DNA of 64,000 nt, taken from assembly GCA_964016885.1 (NCBI GenBank), contig OZ024742.1, positions 122,078,001 to 122,142,000 on the forward strand, written 5' to 3'. The notes under the pieces are model-generated. The model had not been told where the DNA came from. It saw only the letters and a program-made list of their open reading frames with translations, and searched no databases. Origin of the DNA: Eledone cirrhosa (taxonomy: Eukaryota). Each line of letters begins with the position of its first letter. The stretch's first letter is position 1. The position numbers and the translations under genes are program-made. Of this stretch, positions 12,887-26,673 are shown one piece after another.

Positions 12887-15110
12887 ACGACTTTCTAATT
12901 CGCCCCACTCGCCCTCGGCCTACCCAACTCTGGCCCCGGCGAGGCGGCCAGTCTACAGCAGCTTTTGTCAACGCCAATGTTTCAACCTTTGGGCATGTGC
13001 CTATCCCAAGTGTGTCCAAGGACACCACACTCTCTGCTCCCGTGTGCCTTCAATCCGTAACCCCGAGGCCAGCGCAAAGCCTTCAAGCGACCGCTTAAAC
13101 GCTAAACGAATCATGCATTATGTCTCGGCTGCAGTTAGAGTGGTTGCCTCGGAGAACACTGTCCTACTCCCCACCGAGGATGTCCTAGTTGTCCTGCGCC
13201 TCATGCACCCTGAGCCGCCCACCGTCCTCAGACCCATACCCCACTTTATCCTCACTTGCTGTATGTTACTTCCGACGCAGACATCATGATTACTATCAAG
13301 TCCTTCCCAGTCAGCATCAGCGGAGGCACTGATGGCCTCCGATCTGGCGAATTCAAAGAGTTATTATCCCCCATCTCCGCTGAGACCGGGCGTTGCTTTC
13401 TGAGTGTAATTGTGGGACTCACTAATAGGTTTATCCATGGCGCCCTGAACGCTTCCTCCCGAGGTCTTTCTTTTTCGGCCAGCCTGACCATTCTCAGGAA
13501 GAAAGAGGGTGGCATACTCCCCATCACTGTGGGCAATGTCTTCCGGATGCTGGCTGCTAAGGTGGTCTGCAGGTCCATCACATCTGAACTGGGAGAGGAG
13601 CTAAGCCCAGTGCTGAAAGAGGATGTCCTCATCCTCGGGTCACAGATCCAACTACCGGCCATCCGCTCCACCATCAAGTCTAGGCTCCAGCAGTTCAACA
13701 CTCTTACGAGGAGACAGGACGTGATTGACGCCCACCCAGCTCGCTTCCTGTTGAGGAACTGCTTAGCCATGCCGAAGCTCCTCTACACTCTTCGTAGTGC
13801 TCCTATCTACAGCCATGCATCTCTCCTTGCTGACCTCGACATTTGTATCCGAGCAGCAGCTGAGGATATGCAATGTCAGGTTTACGAACTTGGATGGCAA
13901 CAGACCGCCTTACCTGTTGGATATGGTGGCCTTGGCCTTCGATCTCCGATCTCCCTGGCTTTGCCGGCGTTTCCTTCGTCGGTAACTTCAGGCCGCATCC
14001 TCATGAACAAGGTTCTCACAAACACAATGGAACCCACTGTGATCCAGGAACAGGAGGCCACCTGCGAAACGTAGAATCGACTTGGACGTAGCCCAGGAGA
14101 TGTCTCTTGCTTTACCCCCTTGTTGACGAAAGTTCCCCCAGAATATTTGGGATGCCACCCATTGCAATCTGGCCTTAGACAGGCTGACGCGCCACCTCAA
14201 CCATCACCACCTTGCATGTTTTCGCGTGGCTTTGCAACGCCACAGTGGCGCCTGGCTCCATGTCTATCCCTCTTTCTCTCCAGGCACGCAAGTGGACAAT
14301 GATAGCCTGCGCTTCGGGATTTCCCTGAGGCTTGGCCTCCGGATCTGTGACCCACACAGATGTCGCTGCGGACCACCATTGACTCTTTCGGTCTCCACCC
14401 TCTTTCCTGTCACTACAGTGCCGACCACCTTCCACTGCTGCTCTCAACGAGGTCATAAAGCATGACTTGGATGCTGCAGGCTTTTCCTCTCAGCTCGAGC
14501 CAGTGGTGCTGGACCGAAGGGACGGCAAAAGGCCATACGGTTTGACTATCTTCCCGTTCTACGGTGGTAAAGCCCTCGCCTGGGATGCCAGTTGCAGTGA
14601 CACATTCTCTAGTGGGAACTTGGTGCAGTCTGCGACTAACCCTGATTCTGCCGCACTTCGGGATGAGGAGGGTAAACTCTCAAAGTATCGTCGCTCTCCG
14701 ACAGGTTTACAGTGGAGATATCCGGTGTTCTTGGCCCTAGGGCTACTTCCCTACTTACCACCATAGGCGCTGAGCTGACGAGCCGCAGGTGTGAGACTCG
14801 CGAGATGGAACGGGTCTTCCAGCGCATCTTCCTTACCATCCTTCGTGGAAACGCCTTCTCCATTCTGTTCGCCGGGGTGTGGGGCGCCCAGCACGTGGGA
14901 TCCTAATGTGCTCATTATAGTGAGAGATGAGTAGGGCGAGAGAGATGGAGGCGATGACAGTGGGAGTTCGGCTCCTCTTTATTCGGACATGGTGTCCAAC
15001 AAATTGTAAAAAAATTTACAAAACGCGCAGTTAAAATAACTACGTCTATTCTACTATCCCTACAGAACTTCTATATTTGTATCAATAAAGAGGAAAATCG
15101 AATAAAACTC
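12887..15110 (+). mobile_element. CRE-clade non-LTR retrotransposon relic, 5'-truncated, RT core deleted
   Basis: IKSFP..SGGTDGLR, KKEGGILPITVGNVFRMLAAK, YGGLGLRS, HSGAWL, CRCG..H knuckle, RLE motif RRDGKRPYG..LAWDASC and RGNA. AATAAA at ~15084 and ~15101. Confidence 0.85.
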
Positions 15111-16715
15111 AAAATGCAAAGATTATCAAATAATTAGATGCATCCTTCGAATATACACTCTGATGTATTCTGTCTTTCCTTTGTTTTATTCTCCTTCTTA
15201 TTCTAAATACATGTTGATAGTAGCGTAATTAACGGAGGTGTGATCTCTCAATTAGAAGAAGCCTTTAACAGCTGAAGCAGTGTATTTAGGGTTATCTGAA
15301 TTTGGATGTGATAATGTCCTCATACCTGGTCCTGATCACCTCATAAAAAGAAGCACTTCCCAATTTCTTCTGTAGTTCAAGCTGGACATACAAGTGTTGA
15401 GTGTTTCCTTGACTTATTCCCGTTGAATTAATGTTTATTCAAGGTACCTTCCTACTAATTTTATTGTAGTTACCAGCTCTAAATTTCATTGTTTAGTGCT
15501 TTTTTCCCGACATTTAAACAGTTTTGACTGCAGATATATCATGTGATTGTTTTACTGAATAGAAGAGATGCGATTGACATGGTATATACAAATATACCTC
15601 CGTGTCTGTAAGCATTGCTTACGCAATCCATTTTAGACAATAGAGTATATGATATATCAATAGGTGACTGGATGAAATAGAGAATAAATAGTCTCACATA
15701 TCTTTAAGCTTTTCAAATTACCATTTTCAACAGATTAGTGTCTTGAACTGTCTCAGACACTACTCGACATTCATATAATTACAGACAGAGAAATTAATAG
15801 TGTTCAGCCATGCATAAGGCGATACATTTATTGCGGAAAGGAATAATCAACAGAAAGATCACCATAGTCTATTTCAAGGGACGGGGAATTTGTGAAGTCA
15901 CTAGAGCGTCGAATAGAATTCTTTGCAGTATTACTGCTGTTTCATTTGCTCTGAGTAAAAATCCTCTCGATGTCACGTTGTATTTCATTTATCGGGCTCA
16001 CGGGATCAATTCTTCTCATTTTTCTCCTCTCTTTCTCATTCTTAACCGGGTACGTTGAGCTGTGAGAAAAGTTAAGGTGAAACGTAGACTGGTAGAGCGC
16101 GGGGCTAGCTAAATTTTCTCAGAAAAGCTGGTATCATATTATGATCTTCCAGGGACAGGATCTGTATGGAATACAGCACAGAACAGAAATTAAGGAGAAA
16201 AAGGCGTTATGAAAATTTTACTTATTCCACTGATTCCCAAAGGTCAGGCGGTAGAGGATGAAATTAAATAATGTTAAGATTATCGTAAAATGCTTTATTA
16301 ATCTGTGTATATGGATGATCAAGCTGTGGAACATTAATGATTTACATCATATTACTCTGATTGTGTTATACAATCATTCAATGTACTTTATATTCAAATA
16401 TTATAGTCAAACCAGTTCTTCAGCACATATTAGTAAAACTACCCTGTTTGGCGCCATATCTCCCACACATTAAAGAGGAATTCAGCAGTGTGTAGCTTGT
16501 ATATGGTTTCATAATTACAATTGGAATTGCAATAAACACGCGTATCTGACGAAGGCGATCATCATACAAAACTATAGCAGCTACGATGCAATGTTATTCT
16601 GTCGTAGAGATCATAACGATGAGCCGTGAAAGTAAACTATATGGAGTTGGATTGCATGAAGGAGAGAAATGTTTGGAAAAAAGCCAGCAAGTATTTCAAT
16701 TTCATTATAAAGGGT

Positions 16716-17100
16716 AGATGTGGCGAACTGGCAGAGTCGTTACAACGTTGGATAGAAGGCTTTGCTGTATTAGCTCCGGATCTCTGTTCTTAACTTTCAT
16801 TTTCAACCTTTCGAGGTCAGTAAAAAAGTACCAACTTAATACTGGGGGTCGATTCTTTCTCTATGTCCGTTTCTCACTTCTTCCCTCTCGCACTCTGTTC
16901 ATCTCTGGAAGAAATTTGCTGCGTCCACACCAGAGAGGGATGGGTTCCGCTAGGTTTACAATGCCCAAGAAACGCACCTACGATTGTCACTAAATCTCCC
17001 CTACGAATCCCTCAAGTGTTACGGCAACATACCATACCATACAAGGTAGATGGAGGTTTCATATAATATGGCTGCTATTTTTAGCCATGAAAGTGACTAC
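16716..17100 (+). mobile_element. Degenerate tRNA-derived SINE with extended tail
   Basis: The head resembles the 22-kb SINEs. The tail ctctggaagaaat..gatggg..aacgc is shared with 61261-61340. Confidence 0.55.
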
Positions 17101-17219
17101 ATAGATGTGCTCTTGTTGACACGTATCTGTAAAAAAATTATTACTTCACTAGATAAGTTTACAATTTCCACTAACTTAACACCTTTCCCCTTTGAAGCAT
17201 TCATTAAGCAACGAACAAC

Positions 17220-17305
17220 CTCTACAGAATACAGCAAGAACAAACAAATCTACAGAATACAGCGAGAACCAATACATCTACAGAATACACTTACAGCAGA
17301 ATATT
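17220..17305. repeat. 28-bp tandem repeat, about 2.5 copies
   Basis: tctacagaatacagc occurs twice and tctacagaataca a third time. Confidence 0.8.
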
Positions 17306-19854
17306 CCTATTTCATTTCTTTGCATTTTGAGACTTATTCCTATTTCCCTCTTTATTGATAAGTATATAGTATAACAAGAGTGAACTACGAATTTTGTGAC
17401 ATCTTTAACGTAGATCTATTTCGATACAGAAAATTACTGTCAGATTTGAAATAAATTATTACCAAGCAACATAAAGTACAGCTGCTTTTCGACCCTTTAG
17501 ATGTAGCTTAACCTTGTAGATGATATTAGTAAAGACAATGAGGTGATATAGTCATTTGTCAATATCTTTGTCGAGGTAATGTTCGCCTTTACCTGACTTA
17601 TATAGCATTACAATCGTTTCGAAACGTGATTAGGAAAAAGAATTACGCTGTAAATGAGAAATGAAATATTGTAAAACATTTCACCCGATTCCCTCAAAAA
17701 GTATTTTTTGGTTAATAATTAAGATGAATCTGTACCAACACCTTTGTAAATAAGAAACAATGAAGGAGCCTGTACATAGTCGTTTGACCTGCTACAAATA
17801 CCAAGCAAGTTCCATGAATTCGAATCCTACCATGTTGCAAGAAAGGGGTATACATTGTATACCATATATAACAAAATACATATGATTATGCATCTGTGGC
17901 GTTGAGATATTTCATTACAGCTTGCACTGAAGGGTCTTAAGGGCATTTTTTCTGAGGTATACATTTTCCAATCAGTCTCATCACATAGTTTCCTATAATC
18001 TCCGGTGATAACATTAATAGCTTCCAACATGAAAGTTGTTGGATTTCATACTAATCACATTAAGAACGATCTGTCACTTAATGAAATCCTACAGAAGTGG
18101 GAAATATTCGAAGATATACAGGAGTGGTTGCAATGATATTGGTAGCAGTTTGTTTATATTTTATCGGATTATTTTATGAAGGAGTTTGATTGGTTTAAAA
18201 CATTTTCGGAAGATTGATTTACTTCACAACATTTGATCATTAATTTCTCTGTAAGTGTGAATCTATGTATCTGTGTATGTAGACATGTATCTATGTATTT
18301 CTATTTTTTAATCTAAATTTGGATTTTATTTTAAGCGGTAACCACTTGAAGTTCATTCTGTCGCCTTACATCTTAAGGTCTTCCAGATACACACGCGCAC
18401 ACACATATACACATACAAACAAATAACACACGTTTACGTGTGTATGAGTGAGGTTTTGTGTGCGTACGTGTAAAAGAGTTAAAGCCTTTCAAGAGACTAA
18501 GGCTCATCATATCGTAGCTTAATCCGAGTTTCATATGGCATTTGAGTGTCAATAATACAATACAACCCCTGATTGGGACTCAAGTCGGTTGCAAGATTAA
18601 CTCCAATACAAATGATACTGCTACTATTTGTTCTGGCTTAGTTGACCATAGCTGGTCTAGGAATCGAAACCGAGACACAGTTTGGCATTCATCTTTCCAA
18701 TGACAACAATATAAATACTAGTCTTCTTGGCATTCTTGACGTAGTAGGGCGTATCACTTGTTCATGGATACCTCTAGTTACCACAGTGATAGTCAGTTGA
18801 ATATTTATCCACTAGAGTTCTTGATAAATATATGCACAATTTCCAGATAACCGTGCATAATCCCCTTTTATACACAAATTTACTAAACCGCACAGACATA
18901 GACATGTGTACTTAAGCATAAAAAGATAAATTAAACCCGTTTAAAGAGTTAGTCATTTAAAAAATTCTTATGAAGTCAATTATACTCTTACCGAACAAAT
19001 CTCTTTAACAATGAAGTTTTCATGAAGAATGTAAAATTTTCAAACAAATATTAAGTATTATCTTCTAATTTTTCACCTTCCAAATACTTTAGTGATAAAA
19101 CTATAGTTGATAAGAGAAATACACTCAGCAATAAATAATGAAATATATTATTTTATTCGCGATTAAACTCAGTATAGTTTAGTTGTTTCTTTTAACTTTT
19201 CAGATCTCGCAATTTTATATTTCTTTTGTTCTATTTATCTGAGAAGCAGGTTCGTCAACATTAATGACCTAAACTGCCCTCTTACTAAAGGTTAATCATT
19301 TTAGATAACTATGCCATAAATTACAAAAATATTCGTATTAAATGAACACTCTTATCTATGGTTCTATTCTGGAATATTTTATTAAGACAAACTAAAAAAC
19401 AACTAACAAAACAATAAAAAACAGAACTCTTCATTTTAATCGATGTAAATATATTCTTTACTTAATGTGTCGTACCACTGTCTCTGCTGATAAAGTGTCA
19501 CTGTTTCAACCAAATATTTGACACATATCCTGTAATCTGTACCATATTGTACCCACGTAAATGATATTCACCTCACCACAGTAATCATTACCAGTTTTAA
19601 TTAATTGCTACTCGGCTGGCGCTATCTCATTTCAAAATATTTTTATTCTAAATATTGAGTTGTCACCCTTGATTTTGGTAGCTTTGCTGGTATGGTGTTC
19701 ACCGCTTTAATAATTTGTTTTGCATTGGTTTCAGTGATTGTACTGCGGCCATGTTGGGAAAACGTGTTAAAGAATTTAGGAGTCCATATTGCAATCTAGT
19801 ATTTATTTCATTGACCTCCATTTGTTGAAGTGCAAACTTAGCAGACGCAACAGA

Positions 19855-20262
19855 AATACACGCACACACATATACACACATACATACCCTCTCATATATA
19901 TACATGCATATATACATACATATATATACATACACCCATATAACGTGCACATACATATACACACATACACAGCTATACACATACACACTCACACACTCAA
20001 AGTAATCGCGCGCGGTTATAGACACACGGCTATATGCACACATCCACACACACACACACACACCCACACACACACACATACATACACTCACACATACATA
20101 CATACATTCACACACATATATACATACATCCACATACGTGCCCCCCCTCACACACACACATACAGTATATATATATATAAGTATGTACACGTACATACAT
20201 ATATGTATACAGACGTACAGTAGTATGTATATATACATATATGCACACATATATATATGTAC
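19855..20262. repeat. Cryptic CA/TA simple-sequence tract
   Basis: Direct inspection. It explains the spurious ORFs at 19699-20316. Confidence 0.9.
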
Positions 20263-22087
20263 GTATGGATTCACCGAACATTTATTATAATGCTCGGTGT
20301 GTTTGTAAACAAACATCCCGTATTAAGCCGTAGTGTCCAGCAACCATCGTTTGTTCAACACTGACAAAGGAACGCTGTACTAGTTTCAAGCTTATTAGCT
20401 ATCGTCAGCAACGTATATATAATACGTATATAATACCGAGAACCATTTTCTCAACTCTGATGCCAAATTATTTGTCTCTCCGTAATTCGTTGTGATAGCC
20501 CCTCTCCTGTTACCTGATATAATTATAATACCTCACGGCAGGAAAAAAGATGCGTAATATTCAAAGATATTTTCCTCCACCAATTTTGAAAATGATAAAG
20601 TACCATACGATCTGGTATGATGCATTAAATCCTGGCATGATAAGTTTCACCTCCAAGTGGCATATTTGCCCCTCCTCCAGAATCACTTGCCTACGATAGA
20701 CCAACCTTTCAAAAGTAGTAATTAGAAGCGTCGTATCTTTACAGTTAAGTCGTCGGATATAATTGCTCTATCTTCCAACTTCAAATCCCGCCGATTTCAA
20801 ATTTGCGTTCTACCCATTCTATGAACTGCACCATTTTGTAGTTGTAGCAAAAGAAACTTTTAAAATCAATATTTCGAAAGAGGATCAAAACTGTAGGTCT
20901 TAATATCAGACATTACACAATGTTCTACGTGTTATAATATGGATGTAATGCTACGTAAACTCGTTCAGGGGACGATATTCTCTGTGCGTGGCCTGTGGTA
21001 TTGTTAATTACCAACAATGCCGTATGTTATGTTCTTCATAATATATTTTCATTAGCAGTGAATAAAAACACAGTGTTGGCCTTCTTTTATTTACACTTCA
21101 TGAGCAGATGCATTTTTGATATTGTTGTCATTGTTTGTGTGGTTTCATAAGACAAACAGGCACTGACATAAGTGTGAGGCTATTGAAGAATTATCGCCAT
21201 CTAGCTGAGTAAACCGCCTTTTCTGACCTTGACACACGAAGCGTTCTTTTCCTCTCTTCAGATGAAAGACCATGATAGCATTATTTTCCAGAAAGACCTG
21301 TCTTATTTATTTAGAATACAAGTTGAGGAAGGTCCTGGTGCATTGGAAGATACTATTATAAACCTTCGAATTTTTACTTGACGTCTTTCCGTGTAGATTA
21401 TGTTGTCGTTGGAGTCTTTATAACAGCATTCAGCTGCCTGGATTTTTTTCTGAATTATATCCCTCGTCTTGTAAATGTCTGAAGATTTACATGGTAAGTT
21501 GTCTGAGTAGCATGTTTCATAGCGTTTCATATTTTATCTATGGAGCAATGATGCCATGAAACTTTAGCAAGCAACGTCTTGAATGGTTACCGTTTTGCTG
21601 ATAACAATGCGAACATGTTAGGCAGGAGTTCTTGGCAGTTTGGTTTTCTAATCATTCATAAGACCCGGCTTAAAGCCTTACCCACCAAATATGACATATT
21701 CTAGCTTTCTACATCTGAAGATGTAGATCCGATATGATCTAGAGAAATAGACAGTTTTTTATGCATGGCGGAAGCAAGAGAGGTATTACTGTTTACATAT
21801 TCATTTAATTTACAAGAGACACACGTTCAAGATTGGATTAATCATTTTACTTTCTGTATGTGGCTGTATTCGATGTTTACTAGGTATCCCAGATAGATAT
21901 ATTTGTAAATTGTTATTATAGGGTAATTGCTGATTTTGATGACTTTATATGCTGCAGAGTTGTTTCTATATATCTTTAATCCTACTGTGTTGCTTTACTA
22001 TTCGTTTCATTTAACTTGTTTCTATTCATGTACATCATTTAAGTAGAGAACTATGCCGCCAGCAAAGGGTAAATGATGTTAAACGTC

Positions 22088-22668
22088 ATTGGATTGGCAG
22101 TATCGGTAGAGGGTCGGACGCCATGCTTTCCAGCATAGTTACGTCCCTTTACAATCTGAGTTCAAATCCCGCCGAGATTGACTTTGCCTTTCATCCTTAC
22201 GGGGTCGATAAAATAAAGTACCAGTAATGCACTGGGTAATTGCTGGCCTTGTGCCTAAAGTAGAAACAATTATTATCTGTGAATTGGATTGGCAGTATCG
22301 GTAGAGGATCGGACGCCATGCTTTGCAGCAAAGAGTTACAGCCCTTTATGATCTGAGTTCAAATCCCGCCGAGGTTGACTTTGCCTTGCATCCTTACGGG
22401 GTCGATAAAATAAAGTACCAGTAATACACTGGAATATTTGCTGGCCTTTTGCCAAAAGTAGAAACAATGATTATTCGTGAATTGGCAGCATCAGTAGAGC
22501 GTCAGACACCATGCTTTACAGCATAGAGTTATGGCCCTTTACGTTCTGAGTTCAAATCCCGCCGAGGTTAACTTTGCCGTCATCCTTACGGGGTCGATAA
22601 AATAAAGTACCAGTAATGTACTGGGTAATTGCTGGCCTTGTGCCAAAAGTAGAAACAATTATTATTTA
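22088..22668 (+). mobile_element. Head-to-tail trimer of a ~190-bp tRNA-derived SINE
   Basis: Three units (~22088-22278, 22283-22474, 22481-22668), each with box A-like tggcagtatcggtagag, box B gagttcaaatccc, central gcctttcatccttacggggtcgataaaataaagtacc (MetaSINE-like core) and an (ATT)n tail. Confidence 0.9.
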
Positions 22669-22751
22669 TTCCCTTTAAATCCAATTTAACCATCTTATAG
22701 ATGTCTTCTAGTGCAACATTAAACGTGTTGGATATAATTTTGCTTTGTTAG

Positions 22752-22935
22752 AGCGGTGGATTAGCAGTATCGCTAGAGCGTCGGACACCATGCTTGGTGA
22801 CATAGTTACGGCTCTTTATGTTCTGAGTTCAAATTCCACCGAGGTTAGCTTTGCCTTTCATTCTTATGAGATTGATAAAATAAAATACCAGTAACGCACT
22901 GTGGCGGATTTAATCGACTCTAACCTCCTCTAGAA
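22752..22935 (+). mobile_element. tRNA-derived SINE, related subfamily
   Basis: Same head, box B and central core as the trimer. Confidence 0.85.
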
Positions 22936-23275
22936 ACCATTATATTGCCTTGTTTTACTCTTCCTTCATTATTAACACTTTCACTTTTTGTGTGCTTTTG
23001 ATAAACTAAACTTTACCATAAAAATGATGATGTCTTTATGACTAAAGTGCAGTGTGTGGTGTATCATACCAACAATGACATATGGAACACAGATGCTATT
23101 AACAGAAAAACACGTAAAAGTAATAAAACATAGCTTCATGGAATCGACGAAGACAGAGTGAAGGGATGGTTTAGTTTATGGGTGTCATGGGTGTTATATA
23201 GAGCGGCACAGAAGATGAAGTATTAGTAACTTAAGCCGTCTTTATCTAGCAATGGTCAAATAATTAGTGAAAAGG

Positions 23276-23495
23276 ACTGGATTGTCAGTATCGACAGAAC
23301 TTCGAATAGATAGTATATTATTGCGGCATAGTTATGTCCATTTACGTTTTGAGTTCAATCCCGCCGAGCTTATCTTTGCCTTTCACACTTACAGAGTCGG
23401 TGAAATAAACTACTATTAATGTTGTGGGGTCGATTTAATAGATTTCTCACCCATCAAAATTGATGGCCTTGTGCTTAAATCAGAAAGCAATTTTA
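23276..23495 (+). mobile_element. tRNA-derived SINE, diverged copy
   Basis: gagttcaatcccgccgag..tttgcctttca..aaaattgatggccttgtgcttaaatcagaaa. Confidence 0.8.
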
Positions 23496-23617
23496 ATTGT
23501 AAAAAAGATACGACCACGCGTTATTTCAGATATTACATGTAACCCAATAGACAGCTCATTATATTAATCTGTGATATATTATTTTACATGAGTATAAAGT
23601 GTCCACAGAAAAGCATC

Positions 23618-23915
23618 TGGCTTAGTGGCTAGAACATTATACTCGCAATCATGACGTTTTGAGTTCGATTCCCGGCCGGATGATGCATTGTGTCCTTGGA
23701 TAAGATATTTTATTTTACGTTGTTCTAGTTTACTCAGCCCTAGAGATAAATTACAACGTCAATGGTGCCAAGCTCTATAGGCCTTCGCCTTGGACAAAAT
23801 CGCTGGCGTGGAGAGGGGTGACTGACATGTATGGGTGACTGCTGGTCTTCCACAGACAATATTACCCAGGCTATGCTTCGGAGGGGAATTTTATCGGTGC
23901 GAATCCCATTATCTA
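23618..23915 (+). mobile_element. Second tRNA-derived SINE family
   Basis: Box A tggcttagtggctaga and box B gagttcgattccc, followed by a tgtgtccttgg..aag conserved-domain-like motif and a different tail. Confidence 0.65.
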
Positions 23916-24086
23916 GAGAGGGTGTTAGCCATTACAGAAATATATTTTCCTAAATTTATACCTATATTACAACCTCCGTAACAGACACCTACAATTAGAC
24001 GCGCACACACGATCGTGCACACAAATATAGGCATATAAGCTTTGATGATAATGAAATAGCACAACTGTAAATGCGTCTGCACACAC

Positions 24087-24320
24087 ATCATCATCATCAT
24101 CATCTTGATTTTACGTCCACTTTTCTCTGCTTGCAAGGGTGGGACGGGTCCTGTTCAGCAAAGCATGTCTTCATTCGTCATCTTCTCTGTGAGCTTCAGC
24201 GATCTGAGGTCAGCTCTCACTACCTCCGCCCATGATTTTCGTGGTCTTCCTCTACTGCGTCTTCCTTGTACTGGGATTTCTTAGCACTTCTTTATCCAGC
24301 GGTCATCCTCCAAGCGCATG
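24087..24320 (-). mobile_element. RTE-clade LINE 3' end with (GAT)n tail
   Basis: The minus strand encodes MRLEDDRWIKKC*EIPVQGRRSRGRPRKSWAEVVRADL, followed by a short UTR and (gat)n. Confidence 0.8.
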
Positions 24321-24627
24321 TATATATCTGTACATATATATTAGCAGCGGTGCTAACACAAAATTATTCAGGATAGGAAAGCATATATATTACATTTATG
24401 TATGATAAACATCTACAAATCTTACTAGTTAGTTTAATTCGGCGCAGGATTTGAATTCACAGAGGAGAGAGCTGGAACGAATATCTCAGAACATTATATC
24501 TGCCATTTTAACGACTTTGCCAATTCGCCACTACACAGTCACACACCATGTACAAATTTATGAAAAGATGCCTCAGTTTAAACGTACACGCACACATATG
24601 TGTGCATAGATACGCACACATGCCCAC

Positions 24628-24837
24628 AGTGGATTGGCAGATTTGGTTGAAAGATGAGAACATTTAGTAATAGTTAAACGACATCCCTTCATATTCGAAA
24701 CCTGTCAGGCTTGAATTTGGTTTTTATCTTTTCGACATCGATAAAATAATATAAATGGGAATAGCGTATCGGGGGGGTGTAGTCGCTAGCGCTTTCCCAT
24801 TAAACCTGTGCCCTCCTGTCTGAGTTAGAAATCAATT
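24628..24837 (+). mobile_element. Highly diverged tRNA-derived SINE
   Basis: gtggattggcag head, tcgataaaataa core and gagttagaaatcaatta tail. Confidence 0.55.
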
Positions 24838-25678
24838 ATACACGGAAACACACAAATCAATAGTATGTTACACATTTTATCGTGGTCAATATCTTCTCTT
24901 AATGTCTTGTGAAATATCTTATTTTGTATTTTTCATGCCCCAATATCTGAACAACGGTTTCAATGTGATATCAACATATATGGTATGCTATTATTTAGTT
25001 TAAATTTTAAGGGAACATCTTCCCTATCATTAGTTTGGTTATCGAATACAACAATTTTTCTTTTTTATTCATTTTAAATTTTGGAAATTATTCAAGTTTA
25101 TAAATTTAATGTCACTTTAAATTGTTCTGATGAATTACTTTGAATTTCTGTATCACCCTAGGTTAAGTATGATTAAAAAGATGAAATATCAACACAGAAC
25201 AAAAAAATAAAAACAAAGCAAAACAAATAAAAAAAACTATATCGTCAAATCCGTGTCGAAGATTATCTTCACTGTGTTGAGCACCAAAGGAATTCAGGGT
25301 TTTTTGCATAATGTAATAGAAATGCGGAATAAAAGACGTAATGTTTAGAATAAAAATATTTTAATTTGATTAAATTGAAATTGTCGAGATTGAAAAAGAG
25401 TACTGTGTCCACATGAAAAGAAATACATGAAAGAAAAAAATGAAAAGCTGAGTTAATTTAGAATCCTGCGCTGGAACTATCATAGTGGTATTAGATAAGA
25501 TGGCAATAAATTTAGTTTATGATGATAATTCCTGACGAAAGTTTGACACGCGACCTATACGGAACATGTTTCATTCAAATATTTTCCTATTTTCTAAATC
25601 TATTTATTTCCATTTCGTTTCAGAATATTCTATATGAAAAGCTGAAGTGTGAATGTTTACCTTCTGTTCTCGCGCGCT

Positions 25679-25737
<59 letters not shown>

Positions 25738-26014
25738 TCTCTCTCTGTTTCTCGTTCCCCCTCTCTCATGTTATATAAATATTTCTCTGAACAATCCTAA
25801 ACACAATGCTCCCTACTATTCTCCTTCATTTCCACTGATAAGAATCCTATTTGTAATAATTTTGACATTTTATATGAATTTTACATCAGCTACACAATTA
25901 ATGCATTTGAATGGTTCATTTTAACATATATATATATATGAGTGTCTGTGCTTTCCTATGTATGTATATATATATATAAGAGTGTCTGTGATTTCATATA
26001 TATAGTTATATATA

Positions 26015-26503
26015 TTGTTATACTTTGGGAGGGTCATGCTGCCAATCAAAACACACGCACCCTTGGGTTTTCACTTCAATTTATTATAAATTTACGGTTG
26101 GTTGGTTGGTTTGATAACTGAATGGTTGTTTATATATTGTCACACATTGATTTATATATTGTCACACATCTTTTGTCACACATTATGTGACCTCTTTAGT
26201 GACTGGAATTTTGTGTTATGCCTCTCCTTTGTTCTGTGCTACACCATCGTGTTTTTGTACGTTGACAAAAAACAAAAACAAGAATGTATAGGACAGAACA
26301 CAGAAGAGACACAAAATAAAAAAGTCAGTCACCGAGGAGGTCACGGAATATATGACGAAAGAGCTTTGACAATATATAAAACAACCATATGGGTATCGAG
26401 CCAACCAACCAACCAGCCAACCGGAAATTTATAATAAATTGAAGTGAAAACCAACAGGCGCGAGTGTTTTTATTGGCAGCATGACTCTCTCAAAGTATAA
26501 CAA
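26015..26503. mobile_element. ~490-bp imperfect palindrome of two inverted PLE-type terminal repeats, with a hammerhead motif in each arm
   Basis: Termini ttgttatactttgggagggtcatgctgccaat / attggcagcatgactctctcaaagtataacaa. The same terminus recurs at ~34225 and 36629. Flanked by TA/CA repeats. Confidence 0.8.
26328..26370 (+). ncRNA. Minimal hammerhead variant, right arm
   Basis: GTCA-CCGAGGA-G-GTCA cggaatata TGAC-GAAA-GAGC-TT-TGAC. The left-arm counterpart at 26161-26203 (-) is decayed (CTAAAGA, AAAA). Confidence 0.55.

Positions 26504-26673
<170 letters not shown>

Noticed and set aside
19699-20316. ORFs rich in VC, YI, HT or poly-I/L here and at 12.5, 26.5, 27.6, 31.2, 33.5, 36.5 and 52.8 kb
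   Set aside because: These are translations of microsatellites.
21245-21380. Polypyrimidine-CAG followed by ATG as a host exon
   Set aside because: The frame closes within ~40 codons, there is no good donor before the stop, and no partner exons were found.
22088-22668. Tandem units as tRNA genes or a CRISPR array
   Set aside because: Only A/B boxes are present with no cloverleaf. The units are whole SINEs with no unique spacers, in a eukaryotic context.
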